A DNA stretch of 63,744 nt, the filler included, from Octopus bimaculoides (taxonomy: Eukaryota): the NCBI RefSeq assembly GCF_001194135.2. It is 7 parts of 6 records of this genome, joined end to end, with 100 filler letters (N's around TTAATTAATTAA, not from the genome) between each part and the next. Parts side by side here need not be neighbours in the genome. Positions count along the whole stretch, not along the records: positions 4,094 to 15,941 come from NC_068986.1; positions 16,042 to 32,536 come from NC_068993.1; 5 more parts are not named here. One strand, written 5' to 3'. Positions 13,646 to 26,597 of the stretch are shown piece by piece; positions within the stretch are counted from its first letter, which is position 1, and each line of letters starts with the position of its first letter. Below the pieces are notes generated by a model, which had not been told where the DNA came from, did no database searches, and saw only the letters and a list, made by a program, of their open reading frames with translations. The position numbers and the translations under genes are program-made.

Positions 13646-14704
13646 TGTTTGTTTGTTAGCTTGTGCGTTTGTTTCTCCTTCTTGTTATTAACGATGTCAT
13701 TAACATCATCATTATCATCTCCTTCATTTACTATAATTATTTATTTAGTTATTTAATTGCTTATCATTATTTTTTATCATTATTATCATTATTATTATTA
13801 TTATCATTATTATTATTATCATTATTATTATTATTATCATTATTATTATTATCATTATTATCATTATTATTATTATTATTGTTATTAATGTTGTTATTAT
13901 TTTTATCATGTTCAGCTAAACTAGTAGTGGCAGTGTTGGTGGTAGTAGTAGCAAAGGTAGTAGCTGTAATAATAGCAGCATAAAGTCGTAACAAGGATGG
14001 TGACGGTGGTGTTGGTGGTGGTGGTGGTGGTGGCGGCGGCGGCGGCGGTGGAGGTGGTGATGGTGGTGGNNNNNNNNNNNNNNNNNNNNNNNNNNNNNNN
14101 NNNNNNNNNNNNNNNNNNNNNNNNNNNNNNNNNNNNNNNNNNNNNNNNNNNNNNNNNNNNNNNNNNNNNNNNNNNNNNNNNNNNNNNNNNNNNNNNNNNN
14201 NNNNNNNNNNNNNNNNNNNNNNNNNNNNNNNNNNNNNNNNNNNNNNNNNNNNNNNNNNNNNNNNNNNNNNNNNNNNNNNNNNNNNNNNNNNNNNNNNNNN
14301 NNNNNNNNNNNNNNNNNNNNNNNNNNNNNNNNNNNNNNNNNNNNNNNNNNNNNNNNNNNNNNNNNNNNNNNNNNNNNNNNNNNNNNNNNNNNNNNNNNNN
14401 NNNNNNNNNNNNNNNNNNNNNNNNNNNNNNNNNNNNNNNNNNNNNNNNNNNATAAAGTCGTAACAAGGATGGTGACGGTGGTGTTGGTGGTGGTGGTGGT
14501 GGTGGTAGTGGTGACGGCGGCAGAGGTAGCAGTGGCGGAGGTGGCGGTGATGGTTGTGATAATGGTGTTGATGATCGTGATAATAGCCACGATGATGATC
14601 TTCGTAATGGCGATGATGATGATAATATTGATGATGTCGGTGAGAGTAATTATGATAACGATGGTGACGATGATAGTGAGGATGATGATAATGATGACGA
14701 CAAT

Positions 14705-15240
14705 GGGGCTTGAATGCCTAGATCGCCCCCTAATAACTTACGCCAGACCGTTGTACCTCACCCCAGTCCTTGTTTGGCCAGACGGGAGAATCTACCTTTC
14801 CGCTTCCCATGGAAAGGCTACGTTCCACTGGACCGGCGGTCCATCTGTTGTTAGTACCATCTGGAAAACGGGTTTCGTATTACAATATCCGTTCAAGTCA
14901 GGCCGATGTCGTCATTTACAAATTTTTCCTGGACAGCGAGCAGATGTGATTTCCAGTTGTAAGACATGATTTTCCACAGCTCGTCTATTTGACCGAGCTG
15001 CAGTCCTGAGAAAGAAAGCAAAAGACCAAGATTGGGGACCTGGCAGTTGAAATGTCGACGCTCGCTGCCTTCTACTAGGTGGGCAATGGAGCTGATGGAG
15101 GGTCTGCGTCAGAAATATATACAAATCTCGAGGAAGCTTTAGGTATCGATGAGGATGAACTAACTAGTCTGCTCCGAAAGAATTTAGGGCCCGGTAATGC
15201 CATGGATAACTTCCAGAAATCCAAGGTTTGGCAGTGCTAG
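14705..15240 (-). mobile_element. Degenerate RTE-like LINE 3' remnant
   Basis: FLEVIH and NNRWT..W..FHGKRKGR motifs; colinear nucleotide similarity to 58850-59450 (shared GGATAACTTCCAGAAAT and AATCTTGGTCTTTT). Confidence 0.45.
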
Positions 15241-15494
15241 GTTTGGTAGTAGTAGTAGTCATATTTGCTGATGTTGACGTTAATGTTTTTGTTGCTATTG
15301 TTGTCATCATAGTCATAGTCTTGCTGCTGCTGCTGCTGCTGCTACTGTCATCATCATCACCGTCCACGTTGTTCCAGTTACCGTTGTCACCATCATAGTC
15401 TTAGTGGTGGCTGTCGTTGCTGCTGTTAATGCTACTGCTACTACTATCATCATCGTGTCGACGTTGTTGTTCTTGTGGCAATTGTTGTCGTCGA

Positions 15495-15549
<55 letters not shown>

Positions 15550-15812
15550 GTCGTCGTCGTCATTATTGTTGTTGTTGCTGCTTCTGCTGTTGTCTTTGTT
15601 CAGGATGATCTCAGCGTCCCCACCGCTGCCATTTTCTTCTTTTAAGTATTTTTTATTGCGTAATATTCCACAGATTTCTTATTGCGTAATATTCCACAGA
15701 TCATCTTCCTCAAACAGAAGATTAAGTATAATAAAGACGAAACTGTTTTAAATGCTTATAGATAAACACTTAAAATGACGCACATCTAAACACACACAAC
15801 ACACACATTCAC

Positions 15813-15869
<57 letters not shown>

Positions 15870-15941
15870 TTTGTATGCAGAAAATATATGTGTATATGCA
15901 CGTGGATACAAACATGCATATTATCATATATATATATATAT

Positions 15942-16041
15942 NNNNNNNNNNNNNNNNNNNNNNNNNNNNNNNNNNNNNNNNNNNNTTAATTAATTAANNN
16001 NNNNNNNNNNNNNNNNNNNNNNNNNNNNNNNNNNNNNNNNN
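15942..16041. other. Synthetic contig-joining spacer
   Basis: 44 N + TTAATTAATTAA (15986-15997) + 44 N. Confidence 0.97.
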
Positions 16042-17522
16042 CATACATCACCATTAGGGGAAAGTGAACATTGGATAGCAGGGGGAATGATGGTTCAAGT
16101 CCAACCTAGGCTTAGATGATAACAATAACAGAAGACCAGTTAAGTAGAAGGTGAGGCAATCATTATAACTTTTATTCTTTACTTGTTTCTGTCATTAGAT
16201 TGCGGCCATGCTGGGGCATCATCTCGAAGAATTTGTAATTGAATGAATCGACTCTAGTACTTTGTTTTATTTTTTTTTAAGCCAGGTACTTATTTTATTT
16301 GTCCCTTTTGCTGAACTGCTAAGTTACGGGGACATGAACACACCAGTGTGTGGCGGGGGACACAAACACATACTCATATGTATATGCATGACAAGCTTCT
16401 TTTAGTTTCCATCTACAGGATCCTCTCACAAGGCTTCAAATGAAGACTATAGTAGAAGTGCCACCAGTACGAGAGCCAGTCAGGGGACACTGGCATCAAC
16501 CACGTTCAAATGGTGCTCTTTACGTGGTGCTAAAAAGCACCATTCAAACATGGCTGATGCCAATGCCCCCAGACTGGCTCCCGTGCCGGTGGCATGTAAA
16601 AAGTACCAAAACATAAAACCAAGGTCATCACTTGCAAATAACGATGACTTTGTAATGAGTCTAGGACATCTACCTCCCATGGACAAAAACCCCACCAAGG
16701 ACAATTACCCCTGGGGACAACAACTCCCTAGGATAATTACCCCTAAACAGTTAACCCCTGATGTGTACCGTTTTTTTCTGGTGTATAAGCCACTATTTTT
16801 TACCTGGGAAATTTAGTGTGCAGCTTAGAGAAAGGTGAACTTAATGTATGTATTTTTTATCAGTTTCAGGAGGAAAATGATTTGTGTATGGAAATCGAAT
16901 GATTCCACCGATCTTTTCACTGACAGATGACATGCTGTTGAGTATGTTGCATGAGTGGATGGGAAAGTGAAGGGATTTTTAAGGGGGCCCGATATAGTCA
17001 CAAGCAGACATGGACACTCTCTCACGACCTTTCCACACTTCATCTAATCCACTAAAGTATCCAAGATGCGAGAGCTGAACGGAGAGAGAGAGAGTTGTAC
17101 CAGTAATAACCTGGTGCTCGTTTTTCAGCTGACTGGAATGGAACAACATGAAATGAAGTGTCTTATTCAATGTGCTGCCCAGTCCAGGAAATGAACCTGC
17201 AAACTTGTGATTGTGAGTCCAACACCTTCAGAATCTTAAAAATAGTACCATAAATGACAGTATTTTATTCAAGCAGTGTATCTTCTTAACTCCCAAATCT
17301 AACAGATACAGCTCAGCAGGTAATTAATCCTTTGCCAAACCATAATCTAAGCTTATACTCAACAAAGTTAGTTCGCACTATAATTCACACACAAATACAA
17401 ACACACACGCATGTACCAATTAGCAAATGTAGTTGTCTCCCTTGCAGATCAGTCAGAATGTCTCTCTCTCTCTCTCATAAGCTGTTTTACTCAACTGGTT
17501 TGTCATAACGAAATTCACTTAC

Positions 17523-17594
17523 CATATTCCCAGAATTTCATGTTCTTTGCCTTTGAACTCTTTCTCACTTCAGCAATGGCAACAATAAGAGTGG
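17523..17594 (-). CDS. SLC30A9: SLC30A9 exon (TLIVAIAEVRKSSKAKNMKFWEY), the last exon present
   Basis: Acceptor ttttctcaacag, donor GTAAGT; resembles human TLLVAVNELRRNARAKGMSFYKY. Confidence 0.9.
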
Positions 17595-18541
17595 CTGTTG
17601 AGAAAATGAGAAAATTATTTTCGAATTTAAAACAAAAAAAATTAAGTAGGGGAGACATCACAATCTTAATCTCCCTAAATTGACCCTTTTGATGCCACTC
17701 AAGACAGCCCATGGTTCCATAATAAAAATTTTCTGCATTAAAGCAATCTAAATTAAACCTTCCATGAAATCCAGGTTTTAAATCCCAGCTTAATAATCCT
17801 TTCTACTAAAGGGCACAAGGCCCGGATTTTCTGGGGAGGGAGAAAGTCGTTCACATAGACTCAACTGGTACTTAATTTATCAACCCTGAAAGGATGAAAG
17901 ACAAAGACGACCTCGGTGGGCTGGAGGGTTTGACAGGAGCTGGCCAAGTAGAAGTCTACAACAGGCTACTGTGTCTGTTTTGGCAGGGTTTTTACGGTTG
18001 GATGCCCTTCCTAACGCCAACTGACCAGCAGAGTGGGCCGAGTGTTTTTTACATGGCACTAGCACAGGCGAGGTCAGTTTTAGCAGTTTTTNNNNNNNNN
18101 NNNNNNNNNNNNNNNNNNNNNNNNNNNNNNNNNNNNNNNNNNNNNNNNNNNNNNNNNNNNNNNNNNNNNNNNNNNNNNNNNNNNNNNNNNNNNNNNNNNN
18201 NNNNNNNNNNNNNNNNNNNNNNNNNNNNNNNNNNNNNNNNNNNNNNNNNNNNNNNNNNNNNNNNNNNNNNNNNNNNNNNNNNNNNNNNNNNNNNNNNNNN
18301 NNNNNNNNNNNNNNNNNNNNNNNNNNNNNNNNNNNNNNNNNNNNNNNNNNNNNNNNNNNNNNNNNNNNNNNNNNNNNNNNNNNNNNNNNNNNNNNNNNNN
18401 NNNNNNNNNNNNNNNNNNNNNNNNNNNNNNNNNNNNNNNNNNNNNNNNNNNNNNNNNNNNNNNNNNNNNNNNNNNNNNNNNNNNNNNNNNNNNNNNNNNN
18501 NNNNNNNNNNNNNNNNNNNNNNNNNNNNNNNNNNNNNNNNN

Positions 18542-18700
18542 CAACACTGCTCATTGCTTTCCATTGCTCTTGCAGTAGCTGTACATGCAGCATTTTGTAA
18601 TTGTCTAATTGAAGTCTCATTGGACGATGCATTTACTTTCCTTTTCAATTTCTCTACTACTGCCGTATTCCGACCAATGGCGGATCTCTTCTTCGGAGAT
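18542..18700 (-). mobile_element. Possible Helitron N-terminal remnant in an SLC30A9 intron
   Basis: Open frame SPKKRSAIGRNTAVVEKLKRK...NETSIRQLQNAACTATARAMESNEQ resembles the PKKR..GR + ET.EQR..RL repeats of animal Helitron proteins; runs into a gap. Confidence 0.35.
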
Positions 18701-20059
18701 GCTATGTCAAGAAATATGATGTAATATACTAAGATGACAATTGTACGTTAATAATGAAATGTCAATGAAAAAAGGTAAATAGTATCAATACCTTAGCAAA
18801 TTTTAACAAAAGTTACTTTGCAAAGCGTTACCTTCTTTTTCCACAGTGGTTGTACTTACCCCAGGAAAAGAGAGTTTTCTGGCCCCAGAGTCTAAAACCA
18901 TCTCTGGAACATAAGTAATGTATGTTCCCAGTTTGAAGAAAATCAAATGTGAACCTCAGAAGTTATGAGGGCTTACACACACACACATACTGAGTTTTAT
19001 ATATATATATATATATAGCATTATGCCATTGTATGATGTAATTACATTAATTTAGTACACAAAAGTCTACGAAAATCTCAATACCCCTTTCAAAGTATGG
19101 CATTTTACAAATGCCTCTCCACGTGTTTTTTGTTCTTTTTTTGTGAGGAAAAAAAGATTCTTTTAATCAAACTAGAGCTGATTTTGCACAGTGATATATT
19201 ATTCATGTTTTCTTATCCCACCCAGCATGTGTCTTTTTTTAGTTATTTCTATGAACTAGAAACCATCTATATTAGATTTCTTAATGAAAATTACTAAAGA
19301 AAGCAAGGACTTATAATAACAAAATTACACTGGGTCGTGCTACAACATCAGTCATGTTTTTTGTTCACTGATAACCTAACACAATATTCTATTCATATTT
19401 TAATCCTAACACAGATTTTTTTTGTCAGGATTAATAAATGAATAGGATATTCATATAGTGTAGGAGTTCTCAACCATCTTTTATTCATGGACCCCTCTGA
19501 TTATTATTCTGTTCTAGTGGTCTCCCATAACCATTCAATGATTATAAACTAGTTTTATAGAAACTTCTTTCAAAATTCCTATTTTGTTTTTCACACATTA
19601 ACTTGTGTAGGTTGATTTATGCTATGAGGGTTTATATGGCATGCCTAAAGCAGAATTCCATCAAGCCATCTTTCTAAATAGCAGGAATTGTAACAAACAA
19701 AGGAGAAGGCCCTTTATGTGAATCTTTGATTTACAGAAAATAGCAGCCAAATTACCTCTAACTCACACACTAACCATTTGTTCATTCATTTGTTTGTTCA
19801 ACAATTTCTTTTATTTTTCCATGCAAGTTAGGCTTAGATGGGAATTGATTTTCAGGGAAGATTTTAAATTTTACAATCAAATGTTCTTCTTGTCACCAAC
19901 CTTCACCTGTTCTGCAGGTAAGGGATTTTTATATTCAACACACCTTTCAAAGCGCACAGCAACCAGTCATGATGTCAACACAGAATGTAAATATAATTAT
20001 GGTTTCTCTTCAAAGGTGACAAATAAAACATAAAAAAGTATGCACATACACACACATGC

Positions 20060-20097
<38 letters not shown>

Positions 20098-20268
20098 NNN
20101 NNNNNNNNNNNNNNNNNNNNNNNNNNNNNNNNNNNNNTATATACATACGTGCATATGTGTGTGTGTATGTATGTATATATATATATATATATATATACAT
20201 ACATACATACATACATACATACACATATATATACATATATATATACACATATATACATAAACACACAT

Positions 20269-20309
<41 letters not shown>

Positions 20310-22437
20310 CACACCCACACATATATACACACACACACTTGCTCACACATATATACACACACACAAATATATGCACATGGTCACACACAAGCTTACTAAA
20401 AATTCCACTCACAAGACATTGCTCAGATGGAGGTCAGAGCAGAAGACACTTTCCCAAGGTGCCCCACAGTAGAACTGAACCTGAAGCCATGTGGTTATGA
20501 AGCAAACTTTTTACCTACTCTGCCATACCTGTGCCTAACAACACTTAAGGAAAATGGACAGATTAGGTGATATTATCTTAGATAAAGTTTAGTTTAACTC
20601 TAAAAGAAAAAAAAAAGTGTGGCAGAGATGGGCTGATCACAGCTAGAACACATCTGATGACTTTAAACATGGGGCTGCTCATTCCAGTCTGACCAAGGGC
20701 TAAACAACTTATACACCAATAAGATGAACCAGTTGACATTTAGACATTACAACAGCTAATATAGGAACACTACTGAAGGTGGAAAGCTAGCAGAGTCATT
20801 AGCACGCCAGGCAAAATGGTTAGCAGCATTTCAGCTGTCTTTACATTCCGAGTTCAAATTCCACCAATTCTTCCTTTCAAGATCGATAAAATAAATACCA
20901 GCTGAGCACTGGGGATGATGTAATCAACTTACCCTCTCCTGCTGGAGCCTCGTGGAGCTTTAGGTGTTTTCGCTCAATAAACACTCACAACATCCGGTCT
21001 GGGAATTGAAACCGCGATCCTATGACCGCGAGTCCGCTGCCCTAACCACTGGGCCATTGCGCCTCCATAGGGGAGGTAGGTTGATGTAATTAACTTACCC
21101 CACTCTCTCAAAATTGCTGGCTTTATGCCAAAATGTTGAATCAAGTATAAGACCAGTGCTTAAGAACACTAGAGTTTGTAGTGTATTTCTAGAGAGATAA
21201 CAATAATTCATTTATTAGAAATAATTCAGTTCACATGTTTTACTGTATTGGTTTGTTGAGTGCGTCCACAGGATTAATTTATCACACAGATGTAGAGATA
21301 AGATGCTAAATATAGTGAAATCATTTTGGCCTTGTTTGTTCGGTTCTATGAAAGCAATGCAGAAACAGAAACTGTAGTGTGTTGGAATAACACACTGCCT
21401 TGCAGTATTTAGTTTTTGCTCCCTCTCTATCCTAAGTTCAAACCTCATCAAACTGGACTTGCATTCTCTTTTGTTCTTCCATGGGGGCCGAAACAAAGTT
21501 AAGTTGCAGTCACATACTGCAAACAAGGTAAACACACCTATGCTCCCTGTCTATGAATAAATAGCCTTGTACCATCACTGCCCTTCCATAGACGCAGTGT
21601 AAACTTCTACCTGCAAGAAATAGCAGCTAAATCTACTTCCATCATCATTTAACATCAGTTTTCCATGCTGGCATGGGTTGGACAGTTTGATAGGAGATGG
21701 CCAGCCTGAGAGCTGCCCACGATCCATGTCTATTTAGGTAGGGTTTCTTATTTCTTTATTGCCCACAAGGGGCTAAACAAGGACAGACAAACAGATTAAG
21801 TCGATTATAACGACCCCAGTGCATAACTGGTACTTATTTAATCAACCCCGAAAGGATAAAAGGCTAAGTCGACCTCGGTGAAATTTGAACTCAGAACGTA
21901 GCGGCAGACGAAATACCGTTAAGTATTTCGCCCGGCGTGCTAACATTTCTGCCAGCGCGCCGCCTTAGGTAGGGTTTCTATAACTGGATGCCCTTCCTAA
22001 CGCCAACCACTTTACAGAGAGTCTGGATACTTATTGATCAGACCACGTACATATCATCATCATTTAATGTCTGCTTTCACGCTACAAAGGCCTTGGACAG
22101 TTTGATAGGATCTGATGAGCTACATGACTGCATCAAACTCCAGCGTCAGCTTTCACATAGTTTCTATGGCTGGACACCCTTACACACATAAACCACTTTA
22201 CAGTGTGTGCTGGGTGTTTTTTTTTTTGTTCATGCTACCAACACATGCAAGGTCACCAAGTAACTAGCGAGGCAGAAAAGAGAAAGAAGGTTTCTTTCCC
22301 TAATACTAACCATCTACCAAAACCACTCACAAGGCTTTGGGGTTAGCTCAAGAGGTATAGTGGAAGATACTTGCTCAATGTGCCAAAAAGATACCAAAAA
22401 ATTTAATCGTAAAAGAGACTAAAAAATGTACACTTAC

Positions 22438-22477
22438 CACCTTCAGACACCATAGTACCAAGCAGAGCAGCAATTGC
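22438..22477 (-). CDS. SLC30A9: SLC30A9 40-nt exon (AIAALLGTMVSEG)
   Basis: Acceptor aatttacag, donor GTAAGT; resembles human AYCILAGSLVSEG; phase 0 to 1. Confidence 0.88.
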
Positions 22478-23087
22478 CTGTAAATTAGATAATACAATAA
22501 AGAATAATTAAAACTCTTAAGTAGCTTTAATCTTTGTTTTGTTTTGTTTTTGTAATGTGTTAATCAAGAAGACAGTGCAAATGACCCTTTACAAGGACTC
22601 CAAGGCTAGTTGGCGGAGGGAGGTATCACCAAACTGAAAACATGGCCCAAATGCTTGTTACAGAGTGGAATCTGTTAAAGGCATCCATAGTATGGAAGGA
22701 GTAATAGGGAGTGAGTGGCAGATTAAGTTTACCACCCAAGGAGGGCCATGGCAGGATTTGAACCCAGAACACAAAGAGCTGGAACTAACACTACAAGACA
22801 TCCATTGCAATGTTCTCACAAGTCCACCAATCTATAACCTGGATTGGTATTTTTTTCATCAACCCCCAACAAAAAGATAAAAGACAAAATTGACCTTGGT
22901 AATATTTGAACTCAGACTGTAAAAAACTGGAAGGACAAATAATGCAAGGCATCCAATCTGATGCTCTTACAATTCTACCAATCTACCAACTTGGATTGGT
23001 AAATTGTTTTATCAACCCTGAAAGGACAAAAGGCAAAGGTAACTTTGGTGGAATTTGAACTCAGAATGTAAAGAGTTATAGAAATAT

Positions 23088-23312
23088 TTAACCCTTTAAC
23101 ATTACTTAGTCAAATGTAATGCTTTTTCATTCACATTGTTTTTAATTAATCATGAATTGTCTTATAGTCTTCAAATTTTAATGATGTGACAGTATATTTT
23201 TAGAATGCCATTGACGGATAGGTGTGATAAGCTGGATCTGGCTAGTTAGGACATAAAAACAAGTAGCATATTTGGGGGCTGGATATGGCCGGTTTAAATG
23301 CTAAAGGGCTAA
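23088..23312 (+). mobile_element. piggyBac-like MITE (~225 bp)
   Basis: Ends TTAA-CCCTTTAACATT ... AATGCTAAAGGG-CTAA; related copies at 29567-29883 and 59521-59940. Confidence 0.7.
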
Positions 23313-23338
23313 AACAAGGTAAAATAAACCAAACTCAC

Positions 23339-23474
23339 CCATCCAAGGTATTCCATTTCTTGTGGATGTAGTAACCCCTGAATTCCATGATATACAGATA
23401 AACCAGTGCCAAAACAAAAAATGCCAACACCACTGATGAGAGAGGATATATTTTTCAGATTGCGGTATCCATAC
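23339..23474 (-). CDS. SLC30A9: SLC30A9 exon (YGYRNLKNISSLISGVGIFCFGTGLSVYHGIQGLLHPQEMEYLGW)
   Basis: Acceptor ttttcaattag, donor GTGAGT; very close to human ISSLISGVGIFMMGAGLSWYHGVMGLLHPQ. Confidence 0.95.
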
Positions 23475-24173
23475 CTAATTGAAAAAAGAAGAAGACAAAA
23501 GATTTTTAAAAATCGTTCATAACGTAGGGTCAGGTATGGGTGTATAGTAAAAGAGGTTACTTCCAAACCATGTGGTTTCAGGTTCAGTCCTACTATATGG
23601 CACATTGGGTGTCTTCTACTATAGTCTTGGGCTGACCAAGACCTTGTGAATAGATTGGGACATAGAAACTGAAAGAAGCTTATCACGTGTGTGTGTGTGT
23701 CCTTGTTTTCACATTGTGTGATAGTTGTAAAAAAAAGTCACCACCATACAAGCAGTGTCCTTCATTTCCAATCTTTTGTGAAAACACATCCAGCCAAGGC
23801 AAAATATTACCTTACTTGGAAACAGTTGAGGGTTAACAACAAGAATTGCATCCAGCCACAGAAAATCTGTCTCAACAACTTCCATCTGACCTGTGTTAGC
23901 TAATTTCTCAGCATTAGTATGTGAGTAAGAGGCTGTATAGTACGTTGGTGAATTTTTGCCGGTTGGCTAGGTTGTCTTCTTTTGGATGTGGTTCTAAGAT
24001 ATTTATGTGTGTAGCAGCAGCACCATCCAAAACACCAGGGCAGGATTTCATTGTAGGCCTTACATGAGCTTTTGTAAGGAATAAGCAATTCATGTCTCAT
24101 TCAAAATCACACATCTTAGACACGAAGGCAGACAAAATACAGCTAAGCATTTCGCCCATGCCAGTTCATCCCC

Positions 24174-24213
<40 letters not shown>

Positions 24214-24214
24214 C

Positions 24215-24270
24215 GGATGAACTGCATCAGGTTTTTTAATAGAGTGGTATAAGCCAATTCCTAATATTAC
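24215..24270 (-). CDS. SLC30A9: SLC30A9 exon (VILGIGLYHSIKKPDAVHP)
   Basis: Acceptor cttatcccag, donor GTAAGT; carries the CDF PD-x-x-HP(YG) motif split across the junction. Confidence 0.93.
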
Positions 24271-24319
24271 CTGGGATAAGAAAAAATTTAGAAATAAAAT
24301 AAAATCAAATACATATATC

Positions 24320-24445
24320 ATCATCATCATCATCATCGTTTAACGTCCGCTTTCCATGCTAGCATGGGTTGGACGATTTGACTGAGGACTGGTGAAACCG
24401 GATGGCAACACCAGGCTCCAGTCTGATTTGGCAGAGTTTCTACAG
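24320..24445 (-). mobile_element. SINE family C (GGAAGGGCATCC-containing, RTE-like tail ending in (GAT)n), representative copy
   Basis: Shared CATCATC-GTTTAACGTCCGCTTTCCATGCT-GCATGGGTTGGAC and GGATGCCCTTCCTAAC blocks at 17930-18090, 21640-21745, 21970-22250, 25090-25360, 27200-27345, 57225-57830 and 58120-58430. Confidence 0.7.
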
Positions 24446-24725
24446 NNNNNNNNNNNNNNNNNNNNNNNNNNNNNNNNNNNNNNNNNNNNNNNNNNNNNNN
24501 NNNNNNNNNNNNNNNNNNNNNNNNNNNNNNNNNNNNNNNNNNNNNNNNNNNNNNNNNNNNNNNNNNNNNNNNNNNNNNNNNNNNNNNNNNNNNNNNNNNN
24601 NNNNNNNNNNNNNNNNNNNNNNNNNNNNNNNNNNNNNNNNNNNNNNNNNNNNNNNNNNNNNNNNNNNNNNNNNNNNNNNNNNNNNNNNNNNNATATTAAA
24701 CAAAAATTCAAAACTTCAAATCTAC

Positions 24726-24828
24726 CTGGTTGACGGTGTCAGCGAGTGAGTGAATACATTCAGAAAACATACTATGGGAACCAGTGTACAACCAAGCTAT
24801 TAGCTTCACTAATGTATTTATTGCATTG
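24726..24828 (-). CDS. SLC30A9: SLC30A9 exon, TM1-TM2 with the HxxxD zinc site (NAINTLVKLIAWLYTGSHSMFSECIHSLADTVNQ)
   Basis: Acceptor ttttccag, donor GTAGAT; contains the CDF signature H-S-L-A-D. Confidence 0.95.
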
Positions 24829-26074
24829 CTGGAAAAGAAAAGAGAATTTTTTTTATTAATATAAATTAATGGTTTAAAATTTCAACACAAGGCCAGCAAT
24901 TTTAGGGAGTGGGGAATAAGTTGGTTTCATCAACCCCTGTATTTGACTAGTGCTTTTTTTTTTTTATTTACCCCTGAGAGGATGAAAGATAAAAGCTACC
25001 TCAGAGAAATTTGAACTCAAAACAAAGAGAGCTGGAAGAAATGCTGTTAAGCGTTTTGTCAAATGTGCTAACAATTCTGCCAGCTCACTGCACCTCATGT
25101 AAAAAGCATCCAGTCCACACCGTGAAGTGACTGGAATTTAGAAGGGCATCTAGCTGTAAAAACCATGCCAAAATCGACCTCGCCTGTGATGGTGACACAT
25201 AAAAAGCACTTGGTCCACTCTGTAGGGTGGTTGGTGTTAGGAAGGGCATCCAGCCGTAAAAACCATACAAAAACAGTCAGTCTTCTGTCTGGCCGGCTCC
25301 TGTCAAACCATCCAACCCATGACAGCATGGAAGGTAGATGTTAAACAACAATGATGATGAGGAGGAGGAGGATAACTGCATAAAGAAGTATCAATCTCTA
25401 ACTGTGAATTTGAGCTTGAGATTATACTGGTTTGATGAACCTATGCTTCCACACTGGCTTGGCAGAGGGATGCAGTTTTTATACTCCAGAAATCTGGAGA
25501 TATTGAGCAATAATGTTGTATCCTGTATTAAGTAAACAGACCCTGCTTTTGAAGCTGGTTAACTTCCATACTGTGTGTTAAAATAGTTTCATTCTTTACA
25601 TTTTTAAGTGGATCGATAGAGATTAAACATACTCTACTCTAAAATTGTATAAATTTATAACTATCTTTTAAATATAATGATCTTTTTTTACTTCATTTTT
25701 GTATTTGGTTTGCACGATTCTTTATATGAATTTGTGTGTTGAAACAAATTTTGTATCTGGTTTATATTTTCTAGTGGTTTTGTTATATTGGTACAAGATG
25801 TGTCGAAGGCCCTTCTAGTTAAAGAAATTTTAGCCTCTGCCTCATTCTCCCTAAACACAATAAAAGATTTTTTTTTTTTTCATTTTTCTTCATTCAATTT
25901 GCCTCTATAAACATTGCACTGTGTACATAGTACAGCATGATATATATTTTTAAGAATTTTAAGTGGATAAATAAATCTCAAACAGAGCCTGCTTTAGAAG
26001 TGTATTAATTCAAATTTGTTAAAATACAATTTAACTCTCTATTTTTTTTATAGCTTACTTTATATTCTTGGGCA

Positions 26075-26460
26075 AGTGTCATCTACTATAGCCTCGGGCC
26101 GACCAAAGCCTTTGTGAGTGGATTTGGTAGACGGAAACTGAAAGAAGCCCGTCGTATATATGTATAAGTATATATGTGAGTTTATGTGTCTGTGTCTGTC
26201 CCACCAACATCGCTTGACAACCGATGCTGGTGTGTTTACGTCCCCGTAATCTAGCGGTTCGGCAAAANNNNNNNNNNCCCACCAACATCGCTTGACAACC
26301 GATGCTGGTGTGTTTACGTCCCCGTAATCTAGCGGTTCGGCAAAAAAGACCGATAGAATAAGTACTAGGCTTACAAAGAATAAGTCCTGGGGTCGATTTG
26401 CTCGACTAAAGGCGGTGCTCCAGCATGGCCGCAGTCAACTGACTGAAACAAGTAAAAGAG
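26075..26460 (+). mobile_element. tRNA-derived SINE family B, representative copy
   Basis: GGGCAAGTGTC..CTACTATAGCCTCGGGCCGACCAAAGCC...AGACGGAAACTGAAAGAAGCC + microsatellite + tail ending CATGGCCGCAGTCAA..GACTGAAACAAGTAAAAGAG. Other copies: 215-480, 4150-4520, 7915-8360, 16175-16460(-), 20350-20530(-), 23540-23680, 26940-27080(-), 29985-30125(-), 53585-53995, 54265-54630, 60505-60905(-), 61140-61780, 62180-62550(-). Confidence 0.85.
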
Positions 26461-26597
26461 TAACCTGTACTTATGCTAAACAAAAGATATCCATTGCAAG
26501 GGAAGTAATCCTAAGAAAAAGAAAAAAAATTTTGCATCACAAGGGAGGTAATTATATTCAGTATTAAAGGAAATGGTCTTAAAGTCTATGACACTTT

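Noticed and set aside
13980-14520. Duplicated ATAAAGTCGTAACAAGGATGGTGACGG block
   Set aside because: The copies flank an N gap in a GGT repeat; probably an assembly or haplotype duplication.
15653-15701. 26-bp-period duplication containing ATTGCGTAAT (C/EBP-like)
   Set aside because: A simple local slippage duplication with no other regulatory evidence.
16860-17040. Possible hAT-type transposase relic (..DGKVKGFL..)
   Set aside because: Only a few residues resemble the motif and there are several stops; not supportable without an HMM search.
18850-18920. Perfect GTAAGT donor on the minus strand inside an SLC30A9 intron
   Set aside because: No similarity to ZnT9 and no clear acceptor; the neighbouring exons already join in phase and colinearly with the human protein.
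26200-26345. Perfect 68-bp tandem duplication
   Set aside because: Identical copies flank a 10-N gap, typical of unmerged overlapping contig ends.
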